Source: a virus. Taken from it: DNA of 64,000 bases. Location of the stretch: the IMG/VR virus record IMGVR_UViG_3300029807_000001, positions 1-64,000 of that record, one strand, 5' to 3'. The position numbers were made by a program, and so were the translations under genes. Of the stretch, positions 1 to 8,333 are shown piece by piece. The notes under the pieces were generated by a model. It saw only the letters and a list, made by a program, of their open reading frames with translations. It had not been told where the DNA came from and ran no database searches. Every line of letters starts with the position of its first letter. Position 1 is the stretch's first letter.

Positions 1-595
1 TGTTTCAGGTTCTATGCGTAGTCCTGCAACTGGAAGTAGACCAGGAATGCCTGAGAGTAAGACCTCATGTGGTGATGTTGCAGCACTGATGGCTTCATCC
101 ATTGCACGTACTAATCCAGAGACAGACGTTATCGCGTTTGGTACTCATGCGGCACTGGTTCAGGACTTTAATCCTAGAGATAGCATTGTGTCTAACTCTA
201 CAAACCTGTCAAGACTAGGCGATAAGCTAGGATACGGTACTAACATAGCTAACGCTATGAACATAGTATGCCAGAAGAAGTACGACTTTGTACTGTTCGT
301 TGGAGACTCTCAGTCTTGGATGGATCATAATATCAACGGTAAGGCCAGAAGCTATTATAAAGATCAAGGCACTAGCCTTTCTACATTGTGGGAAAGCTTC
401 AAGAAGAAGAACAAGAGAAGTAAGTTAGCGGAAATTGTAGTTGGACCTTACGCCACAACCCAAGCGCCTACTTCCGACCCAAGGGTTATGAACATCGGAG
501 GCTTCTCTGATGCCGTATTCGATGTACTGAAAGAATTTGCTCACAGGAACGACAATACTAATTTCTTAAACGTTATTAGTGCTGTCAAGTTATAA
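1..595 (+). CDS. rsr: Ro60/TROVE-domain RNA-binding protein, C-terminal vWA domain (5'-truncated by the window edge)
   Basis: The frame is open from base 2 and reads (D)VSGSM, a MIDAS motif, immediately before the annotated Met. C-terminal IGGFSDAVF and internal GT/DSQSW motifs are typical of bacterial Ro60/Rsr. Confidence 0.8.
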   Translation, partial: VSGSMRSPATGSRPGMPESKTSCGDVAALMASSIARTNPETDVIAFGTHAALVQDFNPRDSIVSNSTNLSRLGDKLGYGTNIANAMNIVCQKKYDFVLFVGDSQSWMDHNINGKARSYYKDQGTSLSTLWESFKKKNKRSKLAEIVVGPYATTQAPTSDPRVMNIGGFSDAVFDVLKEFAHRNDNTNFLNVISAVKL

Positions 596-600
596 TCAAG

Positions 601-668
601 TAGCTGGTGCGATACGTAACTATGCCTCCATATAGTGTAACACCCATCGCATCAGCTATTTTTATTTA
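601..668 (+). other. 13-bp stem with an internal hairpin and a 3' T-run (terminator or small RNA)
   Basis: TAGCTGGTGCGAT (601-613) pairs with ATCGCATCAGCTA (646-658) and is followed by TTTTTATTT. Confidence 0.55.
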
Positions 669-680
669 GGAGACTTAGGA

Positions 681-947
681 ATGTTGACAAAATTTGTAGT
701 GATATCTATACTTGTTGTAGTGATATTATCTTTACAGACTGTAGTATCGACAGTAATTCAACCAGAAGTTAGTACCAGTTTAGCACTGGAACAGTTTGCA
801 GATCCTTCTGTGGCTGTAGATAGTGTTTCTCGCCTTATGGATAGAATAACATCTAGAGTACTCGCTGGTAGTTGGATACTGTTAGGAATTGGCTCAGCCT
901 TGTGGTTGCGCAAGGATTTACTTAATTATTTTAAGAATAGGAAGTAG
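681..947 (+). CDS. small two-TM membrane protein, probably an SPFH partner
   Basis: Two hydrophobic segments, an AGGAG RBS, and position directly upstream of the SPFH gene. Confidence 0.65.
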   Translation: MLTKFVVISILVVVILSLQTVVSTVIQPEVSTSLALEQFADPSVAVDSVSRLMDRITSRVLAGSWILLGIGSALWLRKDLLNYFKNRK

Positions 948-953
948 GATACG

Positions 954-2243
954 ATGAAGAACTTAGGAATTTGTATTGCACTGTGTATGTTGTCCTTCGT
1001 AGTAGTTGGTTGCCGTAAGCCTTATCACGAGAAGATGCTCGTTGATGTTGGTACTTCGGAAATCGCAGTACTAGTAGAGACAATTAATGATAACGGTCAA
1101 GCCGTTGTAGCTCCACCTACTAAGGTTGAGAAGACTAAGGACGGTAAAGTCAAAGCTAGTGGAAAGAACCTTGATGTTAACGGTGAAGCTGTTGACTTCT
1201 ACAAGAAGCGTGTTGTAAATGCTAGAACCGTAGAGATTCCTTACTACTGGAAGCAAACGCATCGTATTAAGACGTTTTCATGGGAACATGCTGGTAATGG
1301 TGAGTGGAGACCAGCCGCTAGACTCATTGTAGTAGACACAGCACCAGTCACAAGAGAGTGGGCTTCTGATCTTAATAAAGGCTCTAGCGCTAAGGACGAG
1401 GCTATTTGGGCAGAAAGTAAAGACAGCGTAGGCTTCTCTACTGGTATCTCAATCACTGCGAGAATTGCTAATACGACAGACGCTATTAGATTCTTAGCTA
1501 ACTATCCTCCTCAACAAAATAGAGAATCAGTCACCGAAGGTGGCGCTCCCTTTAAGGTAGAGGTTGCTTCGCTTGAAGATGTGATGGATCAGGAGGTACG
1601 AACTAAGGTGCAGGAAATTTTCGCCTATGAAGCTGCTGCACACGATATGGATCTTCTAAGAGAAGAGAAGAGACAGATCATGGACACGGTACGTGACGGT
1701 AAGACGTGGACTGATGTAGACAGTGAAGAAGAACGTACACTTGAAGGAGTAGTAGACTTCTTCAAGAGACGTGGTATCACTATTACAACCATTGGTCAGT
1801 TCGGTGGATTCACCTACGAGAACAAGCAAATTCAGCTTGCTATCGACAAGGTGTTTGAGGCTCAACAGGATGAAGAAGTAGCTAAAGCAGAATCTAAGGC
1901 TGCTGAGCAACGTAAGGTCGCTCTGAAACTCAAAGGAGAAGGTCTTGCTGAGCAAGCTATTGAAGCTGCCAGAGGTAAAGCGGAAGGCGTTAAGCTGGAA
2001 GCGGAAGCAGAAGCAGAGGCTATTGAATTAGTTGCCGATGCTAAAGCCTACGAGCTAACTAAGCTGTCGGAGAATCCAGAAGCGTATCTAACGCTGAAAA
2101 GTCTGGAGATCGAAATGAAACGTCTGGAAGCCTGGGACGGTAAGTATCCGAGCTATCTGATTCAAGGTGGAGGTGGAGGTGGATTAGGAGTACCTAACTT
2201 ACTGCTAACCACTCCTCAACCAGCGGCGTTGAAGACTAAGTAA
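954..2243 (+). CDS. SPFH/band-7 (prohibitin/flotillin-like) lipoprotein
   Basis: Signal peptide with lipobox VVGC, an SPFH-like core, an Ala/Glu coiled coil (AEAEAEA) and a C-terminal WDGKYP motif. Confidence 0.75.
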   Translation: MKNLGICIALCMLSFVVVGCRKPYHEKMLVDVGTSEIAVLVETINDNGQAVVAPPTKVEKTKDGKVKASGKNLDVNGEAVDFYKKRVVNARTVEIPYYWKQTHRIKTFSWEHAGNGEWRPAARLIVVDTAPVTREWASDLNKGSSAKDEAIWAESKDSVGFSTGISITARIANTTDAIRFLANYPPQQNRESVTEGGAPFKVEVASLEDVMDQEVRTKVQEIFAYEAAAHDMDLLREEKRQIMDTVRDGKTWTDVDSEEERTLEGVVDFFKRRGITITTIGQFGGFTYENKQIQLAIDKVFEAQQDEEVAKAESKAAEQRKVALKLKGEGLAEQAIEAARGKAEGVKLEAEAEAEAIELVADAKAYELTKLSENPEAYLTLKSLEIEMKRLEAWDGKYPSYLIQGGGGGGLGVPNLLLTTPQPAALKTK

Positions 2244-2248
2244 ACTAT

Positions 2249-2276
2249 CCCTGCCCCTTCGGGGGCAGGATTTTAT
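2249..2276 (+). terminator. intrinsic terminator
   Basis: CCTGCCCC-TTCG-GGGGCAGG followed by ATTTT. Confidence 0.75.
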
Positions 2277-2302
2277 CATCATTGAAACAAAGGAATATGA
2301 CA

Positions 2303-2461
2303 ATGAAGAAGTTAAGTACACTGTTGATTTTGTGTGGACTATTCGTGGCGACCTCTGGTTGCAGCATTAAAGCTGGTTTCAAAGTGGGGACCAATCGTCC
2401 TGCGGATAATTATCAACTTCCATTAAAGTATGAGGGATACGATGCCGATGAATATAAGTAG
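2303..2461 (+). CDS. small lipoprotein, 52 aa (not in the ORF track)
   Basis: Hand translation MKKLSTLLILCGLFVATSGCSIKAGFKVG...EYK* shows a signal peptide with lipobox TSGC. AAGGA RBS upstream. Confidence 0.6.
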   Translation: MKKLSTLLILCGLFVATSGCSIKAGFKVGTNRPADNYQLPLKYEGYDADEYK

Positions 2462-2993
2462 AAGAGTTTTTAACGCTGTCGTGGCTGCTGTACCATTCGT
2501 AGGAGTCGCGGCTGCTCAAGCTAACGATACTTCCAAAGCTGTATGTCTAAGTGCTCACTATCAGGTGGGACGAAGAGGACGGATCATTAATGTAACGAAG
2601 CGTCTAGTTGATAACGACGAATTGTACTATGGGTTCTCCAATCAAGCCTCTTTAGCGAAAGCGTTAGATGTAGACTCTCAAGTAACCTTGTGGGGCATGG
2701 TTCACTATGAGCCGTTCGAATTCGTGACTAAAAAAGAACATCTTAGTATGCTGTCGAAAGGTAAGGACGATTTTTCTTACGTTGCAGTACCAATGCTCTG
2801 GGAATCATCTGGCAAGAATAAAGAGAGGTCTTTTGAGGAGTGTATCAACGCTTCTATAGATAGTAGTGCAGGCTATGGTAACTTCGATGCTATACTCTTA
2901 ATCAGTAGGTCCAATCCAGGACTCTATGGTATTGTTGTGCGGCCTGTTCCGTTGACAGCGAAGCGGAAGGCAGTTGTCTCGACTCAGAAATAG
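2448..2993 (+). CDS. hypothetical exported protein with a twin-arginine-like signal peptide
   Basis: MNISRRVFNAVVAAVPFVGVAAAQA contains S-R-R-x-F, a hydrophobic stretch and an AQA cleavage site. Confidence 0.6.
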   Translation: MNISRRVFNAVVAAVPFVGVAAAQANDTSKAVCLSAHYQVGRRGRIINVTKRLVDNDELYYGFSNQASLAKALDVDSQVTLWGMVHYEPFEFVTKKEHLSMLSKGKDDFSYVAVPMLWESSGKNKERSFEECINASIDSSAGYGNFDAILLISRSNPGLYGIVVRPVPLTAKRKAVVSTQK

Positions 2994-3027
2994 TTTGAGA
3001 AAATTGAAAGAATAACCCGAAAAGCAC

Positions 3028-3055
3028 TTGACAAATCTCAGAATTAGTGTATAAT
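3028..3055 (+). promoter_or_regulatory. sigma70-type promoter for the tRNA/ncRNA cluster
   Basis: TTGACA-16 nt-TATAAT. Confidence 0.75.
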
Positions 3056-3060
3056 AAGGA

Positions 3061-3163
3061 TGTCGGTGAGAGAAACTCACACTATCGGCTTGGCTGTAAC
3101 CCAGGTGACGATAAGTGAGACACATTCAAATGCCAAGCATGACGAGTGTGGCGATCATCGACA
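3061..3163 (+). ncRNA. candidate structured ncRNA (closed stem, two hairpins, possible loop-loop pairing)
   Basis: TGTCGGTGA/TCATCGACA closing stem starts at the expected TSS. Inner helices CTCAC..TATCG/CGATA..GTGAG and CACATTC/GAGTGTG. GCTTGGC is complementary to GCCAAGC. Confidence 0.5.
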
Positions 3164-3167
3164 ACAT

Positions 3168-3240
3168 GGGTGATTAACTCAGTGGTCAGAGTGCTACTCT
3201 TACAAAGTGGAAGTCGTTGGTTCGATTCCAACATTGCCTA
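3168..3240 (+). tRNA. tRNA-Val(TAC)
   Basis: Cloverleaf with anticodon arm CTACT-CT-TAC-AA-AGTGG and T-loop TTCGATT. Confidence 0.9.
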
Positions 3241-3242
3241 CT

Positions 3243-3340
3243 ACAACAGATACGCCTCAAGATACACGCTCACAGTAGTGTAGTTTGTTGAGGGGATGAT
3301 AATTGGAACGACTACTGATCGCCCGATATAGTATTGTTGT
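3243..3340 (+). ncRNA. candidate pseudoknotted ncRNA
   Basis: ACAACA(G)ATAC/GTATTGTTGT closing stem, CCTCAA/TTGAGG helix, and loop CAGTA(GT) complementary to downstream (AC)TACTG. Confidence 0.4.
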
Positions 3341-3386
3341 TAGCAGCGATGGCTGCAAAATGGTCTCTCGACAGGGGGACCGACAC

Positions 3387-3454
3387 GGCTCTAAAGTAGG
3401 ACTTGTGGCTGTTTTGTAATCAGCTTACTCTCGGATCGTTACCGAGTGGAGCCT
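3387..3454 (+). tRNA. tRNA-Thr(TGT), atypical (short D arm, ATCGTTA T-loop)
   Basis: Acceptor GGCTCTA/TGGAGCC, anticodon loop TT-TGT-AA, T stem CTCGG/CCGAG. Confidence 0.6.
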
Positions 3455-3463
3455 CTTGTGTAC

Positions 3464-3547
3464 GGAAGTGAAGCTAGTTGGCTAAGCAGGGTGTTTGCTA
3501 AACACTTGCTCTTAACTGAGCCGCATGTTCGAATCATGTCGCTTCCG
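3464..3547 (+). tRNA. tRNA-Ser(GCT)
   Basis: Acceptor GGAAGTG/CGCTTCC, anticodon arm GGTGT-TT-GCT-AA-ACACT, long variable arm, TTCGAAT. Confidence 0.9.
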
Positions 3548-3627
3548 CTTACTGCGCCCTGCGCGTTACACTACTTGCGAAAGCGGTAGGCGCGTCAGAC
3601 CGAGGCGAATTAAAAATATCGGTTTAA

Positions 3628-3710
3628 GGGTGGTAATGCTCATTGGAGGGCAACAAGGTTTGAACCCTTGGTCACGGTAAAGCGTGGGCGTTCGATTCGT
3701 CTACCACCCG
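3628..3710 (+). tRNA. tRNA-Ser(TGA)
   Basis: Acceptor GGGTGGT/ACCACCC, anticodon arm CAAGG-TT-TGA-AC-CCTTG, long variable arm. Confidence 0.9.
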
Positions 3711-3911
3711 CTAGGGAATGCAAGTAACGATTACATGTACCATAATATCATTCGGGGCGACAGCCTCGGCAGTCGTTACAACTACTTGTCCCATTTATTT
3801 ACTTGGGTGACACATGACACAACAAGAACGAGACCAGCTATCTATCGAGATAGCACAACGACTAGAAGAAACACGTGCTGAAAACAGTCCGTGTTGCGAG
3901 TCATAATACAT

Positions 3912-3984
3912 AGCGGATTAGAGAAGCGGTCATCTCGTTAGCCTCATAAGCTAGAAACCGCTGGTTCGAATCCAGCATCCGCGA
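3912..3984 (+). tRNA. tRNA-Met(CAT), initiator-like 1:72 mismatch
   Basis: Anticodon arm TTAGC-CT-CAT-AA-GCTAG, GGTTCGAATCC T arm, A1:G72 unpaired. Confidence 0.85.
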
Positions 3985-4160
3985 CTTTCCCTTCGGGGAA
4001 TACTGCCTCTTAGCGGAGGAACTGTCAGAACAAAAGCATCCATAGACTAGTATCTATCTGGGAGCTACAAAAAAGACGGGCGTACTAGCGTTAATCGTTT
4101 ATCATAAAATGAAAATGGTAATCGGAGGCCATTGGGGACGGGCATCATACCTCCCTATAT

Positions 4161-4231
4161 TACCTGATGGTGTAATGGTTGCACTAGTGGCTCTGAACCA
4201 CTCAGTTTAAGTTCGAATCTTAATCGGGTAA
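4161..4231 (+). tRNA. tRNA-Gln(CTG)
   Basis: Anticodon arm AGTGG-CT-CTG-AA-CCACT, TGGTGTAATGG D arm, TTCGAAT. Confidence 0.9.
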
Positions 4232-4233
4232 CT

Positions 4234-4370
4234 TAACAACGGGATAACGGAAGTCCTCGGTAGACTATCTTACCGATAGTTATTGCGCGGGGTGAGTGAA
4301 GCTGGTCTTGATACTATATGCATTAGGAACTCAAGGGTAAACACAGAAGGCGAGTGCCAGCACGTTGTTA
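4234..4370 (+). ncRNA. candidate multi-stem ncRNA between tRNAs
   Basis: TAACAACG/CGTTGTTA closing stem with inner TCGGTAG/TTACCGA and GCTGG/CCAGC helices. Confidence 0.4.
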
Positions 4371-4373
4371 TAT

Positions 4374-4447
4374 GGTCTACGGTCCCTCTGGTTGGGGGTA
4401 CTAAGCTTATATCTTAGTTGTGCAGAGTTCAATTCTCTGGTAGACTA
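4374..4447 (+). tRNA. tRNA-Ile(TAT)
   Basis: Acceptor GGTCTAC/GTAGACT, anticodon arm CTAAG-CT-TAT-AT-CTTAG, T arm CAGAG-TTCAATT-CTCTG. Confidence 0.85.
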
Positions 4448-4552
4448 CTTCCCTGCGAGGTTTGTATAATGTAACAGTAGTTATACTGCTATACCTGACT
4501 CTTGTTAGCTGTACAGTGATGGTTACATCCAAATGACAAGCGCAGTGGTTAT

Positions 4553-4626
4553 AGGTGACGCTGAAAGAACTGGGTTCAACTAAATCTCCAAAATTTAGAT
4601 AAGGGGTTCGATTCCTCCGTTGCCTG
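4553..4626 (+). tRNA. tRNA-Trp(CCA)
   Basis: Acceptor AGGTGAC/GTTGCCT, anticodon arm TAAAT-CT-CCA-AA-ATTTA, TTCGATT. Confidence 0.75.
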
Positions 4627-4850
4627 CTCGTTACAGTGTGTGGTTCTTTTGAAACATGCGTGTGCCACATTAAGCACTGTAACATCGGCTACGTATCTAC
4701 GGGAGCTTGCTTCCGAGACTATAGATACCGAAAGCTGTTTAGTCGCAGCATGGAAAGTAGCTTCAACGGTTGTGTGCGTTGGCTTTGCTAAGGCAATTTT
4801 GAGGGTGGTCGGTGGGAACTTTTTATACTGTAGCGTGGTCTGCTACTTAA

Positions 4851-4921
4851 TGCTGAATGGTGTAATGGTAGCACAAGGGTCTTTGAAGCCCATAGCCTAA
4901 GTTCGATTCTTAGCTCAGCAG
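4851..4921 (+). tRNA. tRNA-Gln(TTG)
   Basis: Anticodon arm AGGGT-CT-TTG-AA-GCCCA, TGGTGTAATGG D arm, TTCGATT. Confidence 0.85.
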
Positions 4922-4983
4922 CTTAGGTATTTATACCTTGGGGTCTTTAGCGGTATTTCCCCCACATGAAAGAAAAGCCTCTT

Positions 4984-5054
4984 GCTTCTGTGGTGAAACG
5001 GTATCACGCGAACTTGGTATGTTTGAGTCGAGGGTTCAACTCCCTCTGGAAGCT
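4984..5054 (+). tRNA. tRNA-Thr(GGT)
   Basis: Acceptor GCTTCTG/TGGAAGC, anticodon arm CGAAC-TT-GGT-AT-GTTTG. Confidence 0.85.
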
Positions 5055-5093
5055 CTATTAGTTAGATGCTTCACACGATTATAGGAATAAGAT

Positions 5094-5306
5094 ATGGGAA
5101 AACCATCCGAGAGAAGAAGACTTAAAGCCAAGAGTAGATCAATTAGGAATAAGCGAGCTATACTAGGCAAGAGACTTACTAAACGTAAGAAGGCTAGTAA
5201 TAAACGCAAAGGTATAGTAGACGACAACGTTGATAGTATACTTGAGTCTCCTCATATTAAACCAGAGGGACGTATGATAGTACTTAAAAGTAATCAGCCT
5301 GTATAA
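5094..5306 (+). CDS. small highly basic hypothetical protein
   Basis: K/R-rich N-terminus, AGGA RBS, TAATG coupling to the next gene. Confidence 0.6.
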   Translation: MGKPSERRRLKAKSRSIRNKRAILGKRLTKRKKASNKRKGIVDDNVDSILESPHIKPEGRMIVLKSNQPV

Positions 5307-5542
5307 TGGTCTATTGGTGGTACTGCCCCAAGTGTGGCAAAGCGACAGACGAATTCGAAGCTGTCAATACCAAGCTGTGCTACAAGTGTTCGGCAAAAAT
5401 GAAAGAGAGAGCAGAGAAGTTTTGGTTGGCTTGGGTTAAGCAGTTAGACACACGAAAGATGATAACGAACGCTCTACTATCTCCGCGAATTCATATAGCA
5501 CGTAAAAAACAGATGGCAAATAATAATACTCGAACCTTATAA
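5306..5542 (+). CDS. Zn-ribbon hypothetical protein
   Basis: CPKC...CYKC. Confidence 0.6.
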   Translation: MVYWWYCPKCGKATDEFEAVNTKLCYKCSAKMKERAEKFWLAWVKQLDTRKMITNALLSPRIHIARKKQMANNNTRTL

Positions 5543-5586
5543 CCTCACAGTGATACTGATGGGGTTATTTTTTTAGGACAGGACAC

Positions 5587-6216
5587 ATGCTAGACTCACA
5601 GGAAACTTTCACGGACCCATGCTTACGTCACCTCCCCACGGAACATGCGGAACACCTACAACAGTACATGGGTTACTATGCTAACCCAGTACCAATAGAT
5701 GTCAAGCTAGTCAGCCCCGACGCTAAGATGCCCACGAAAGGTATAGTAGAAGAGAATGACCACATTACGTATGGTGGTATTGATTTTATCTTTAACGTTG
5801 GCTATGATATTCATGTAGTGCAAGATGAAGGATGGCAGCAGGGATTGCATACCTACGAGGATAATAAGCGTGTTGACTATCCATCTGAATTTACTTTGTA
5901 CCCACACGAATCCTATCTGTTCTCTACTGGTATCAAAGTAGCCACACCTCCTAACTGGGGATTCTTGTTTCGTGACCGTAGTGGTATCGGCATGAAATGT
6001 ATTCTTGTTACGGCAGGAGTCATCGAGGGAACGTATCGCAACGAGTGGAAGGTGAAGCTATTAAATATGGGGAAAGTACCTCACACGTTCCATGTGGGAG
6101 ATAGAATCATACAGGCTGTACTAGTGCCTATCATTCCTTCGGTAATGAGAAAGGCAGAGGGCGATCTTCCTGAAAGTACTCGTGGAGAGAAAGGTTGGGG
6201 GTCAAGTGGTAGATAA
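5587..6216 (+). CDS. dut: trimeric dUTPase
   Basis: Motifs GYDI, RDRSG, AGVIEGTYRNE, GDRIIQ and RGEKGWGSSG. Confidence 0.9.
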   Translation: MLDSQETFTDPCLRHLPTEHAEHLQQYMGYYANPVPIDVKLVSPDAKMPTKGIVEENDHITYGGIDFIFNVGYDIHVVQDEGWQQGLHTYEDNKRVDYPSEFTLYPHESYLFSTGIKVATPPNWGFLFRDRSGIGMKCILVTAGVIEGTYRNEWKVKLLNMGKVPHTFHVGDRIIQAVLVPIIPSVMRKAEGDLPESTRGEKGWGSSGR

Positions 6217-7291
6217 TGCGGATGTGTATTCGGACTATAAAATCCTACATCATACCGACAGGATTAATCAAGTCATAAAGGGAGAACAAGTAGTTCCCGT
6301 AATGATTTTCTTAAACCTGTCCGATCTATGTAACCACGACTGTTCTTTCTGTTCGTTTAGAATGTCGGGGTATCCAAACAATCAAAAGTTTGCGACTGGA
6401 ACAATGGCTAAGTTTGGTACTAACAATCCAAACAGAATGATTACTACCGACAAGGCTCTAGAGATCATCAAGGATATAAGCCTACTAGGATGTAAGTCTA
6501 TAGTATTTACTGGAGGAGGAGAGCCTACCGTCCATCCTGACCATCATAAGTTATTTGAACATGCTTTAGACAACGGATTAGAATGCGGTCTAGTAACAAA
6601 CGGACACCTACTTAATGAGAAGACCATTAAAACCCTGAATAGGTTTAAGTGGATCAGGGTATCAATAGAATCATCAGACCCTAAAGTTTATAGCTCGATA
6701 CATAGAGTAAACGAAGCTGCATTTGATAAAATAGTAAACAACATATCTCTACTAGTCCAACATAAAAGTAATGTAGGTATGAACTATGTAATCACGGAAG
6801 ACAATTGTAGTCACGATCAGATATTAAACTTCGCACAGATGGGATTAAATTTAGGCGTCAAGCACATTAGATTTGCTTTCTGCTTAACTCCCAAGCTACA
6901 GTCCTTCTACAGCGACTATGATAGTATCGTAGAAAGTATTAGTATAGCCAGATCCAAATATCAATCTGATAATTATACAGTCTACGACAATTTTGTTACA
7001 CGTAAAGACAATGTGTCACACCAGCCAAACTATAGTCACTGTTATATGCAAGAGTTCACTCCAAACATAGGAGCGGATCTGAATGTCTATAGATGCTGCA
7101 CCTTATCTTATAATGATAGAGGTCTAATGGGTTCAATATCTAATATGAGATTTTACGACTTCTGGAATAGTAAGCTTAAAGAAGAAAGCGTGAGTGCGTT
7201 TGATCCTACTGGATGCAAGATATGTCCAGTTAATTCTAAAAATCTACTACTGAATAAGATAAGGGATACTGATGACATCAACTTCCTGTAA
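6206..7291 (+). CDS. radical SAM/SPASM-domain protein
   Basis: CNHDCSFC (CxxxCxxC), FTGGGEPT, VTNG and C-terminal Cys cluster (RCC, CKICP). Start uncertain (6182-6209). Confidence 0.85.
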   Translation: MVDNADVYSDYKILHHTDRINQVIKGEQVVPVMIFLNLSDLCNHDCSFCSFRMSGYPNNQKFATGTMAKFGTNNPNRMITTDKALEIIKDISLLGCKSIVFTGGGEPTVHPDHHKLFEHALDNGLECGLVTNGHLLNEKTIKTLNRFKWIRVSIESSDPKVYSSIHRVNEAAFDKIVNNISLLVQHKSNVGMNYVITEDNCSHDQILNFAQMGLNLGVKHIRFAFCLTPKLQSFYSDYDSIVESISIARSKYQSDNYTVYDNFVTRKDNVSHQPNYSHCYMQEFTPNIGADLNVYRCCTLSYNDRGLMGSISNMRFYDFWNSKLKEESVSAFDPTGCKICPVNSKNLLLNKIRDTDDINFL

Positions 7292-8333
7292 ATATATCCT
7301 GGACGAGTTAGGACATGCAACATCTATCTATACGGCAGATCAATGGGTTAACGGACTTGGTCCTACCCATATTTACCACTGGGATAAGACAGAAATAGAT
7401 ATATGTAGGTCCATAGATAAGGCTGGTATAAAAGGTGAAGACATACTGTTTGTACATTGCGATCCCTGTGATAGCGTCCCTGTTAGAAACTCTAAGCTAT
7501 CTCGCGCAACCTATATGGTATCATACGGATGGGACATGAGATATATGCCATCAAACACAGTAAGTAATATGAAGGAGGCTTGCATAAATTTATTTATTAG
7601 TCTAGTCTCTAAGCCTCTTACGAAAACCTTTATCTCTGGTGGTATAGACTCCGTATGGATGCCTGCCACGTTTATACAGAGTAAAGAAAGCATGTCTTGT
7701 ACTGACTTAGACTTTGAAGACGATGGTAGGATGTATTCTCTAGCGTACACAGGATCTTTTGAAGGTGATGTCGGCAAGTATCGTAGAAGTATAATCAATC
7801 CCCTTTTAGATGCTATGGTTCCGTTAGACGTACACGCTGACATGTTTTGGTACTACATAGGACAGATAAAACATACTAACAGGTTCAATCACCTATCGGA
7901 AGAAGACAAGCTTACAGCTATGCGAGAATGCGGAGGTAGGTGCTACTCATATTGCAACGAATTTTACAATAAGCATATAGGTACTATCAACACATATAGA
8001 AAGGCTCAGGATGACAACGGAGAACACATGGTCACCCGCATGTTTAATGCTACGGCTTCTAAAAGCTGCTTGTTCCAACTGAGACCTACAGAGGACTCTG
8101 GATTCTATGAGGTATTCAAAGACATGGATACATGCATTATTTGGAACGACGTTGACCATCTTATAAGCTTAGCAGAAAAATATATAATGGAAGACCCACA
8201 GGTATCTATAGACATATCTAAAAAGGCGTATCAACTATACGAAGGCATTCTTAATCAAAAGACATTGAGAAGTCAGTTGGTAGATTTCGTATCAAATAAG
8301 AAACCATTACCAGAATTTTGTAGGTACAAATAA
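7272..8333 (+). CDS. glycosyltransferase-like protein (CgeB/GT-B type)
   Basis: C-terminal 'TRMFNATAS...F' pattern resembles CgeB-family GT tails. Lies in a sugar gene cluster. Confidence 0.5.
   Translation: MTSTSCKYILDELGHATSIYTADQWVNGLGPTHIYHWDKTEIDICRSIDKAGIKGEDILFVHCDPCDSVPVRNSKLSRATYMVSYGWDMRYMPSNTVSNMKEACINLFISLVSKPLTKTFISGGIDSVWMPATFIQSKESMSCTDLDFEDDGRMYSLAYTGSFEGDVGKYRRSIINPLLDAMVPLDVHADMFWYYIGQIKHTNRFNHLSEEDKLTAMRECGGRCYSYCNEFYNKHIGTINTYRKAQDDNGEHMVTRMFNATASKSCLFQLRPTEDSGFYEVFKDMDTCIIWNDVDHLISLAEKYIMEDPQVSIDISKKAYQLYEGILNQKTLRSQLVDFVSNKKPLPEFCRYK

Noticed and set aside
3684-4900. ORFs overlapping the tRNA cluster (3684, 4407, 4640) and a 30-codon ORF at 3814-3906
   Set aside because: The first three overlap clear tRNA genes. 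The 30-codon ORF has only a weak RBS and also folds as a stem, so it is not supportable.
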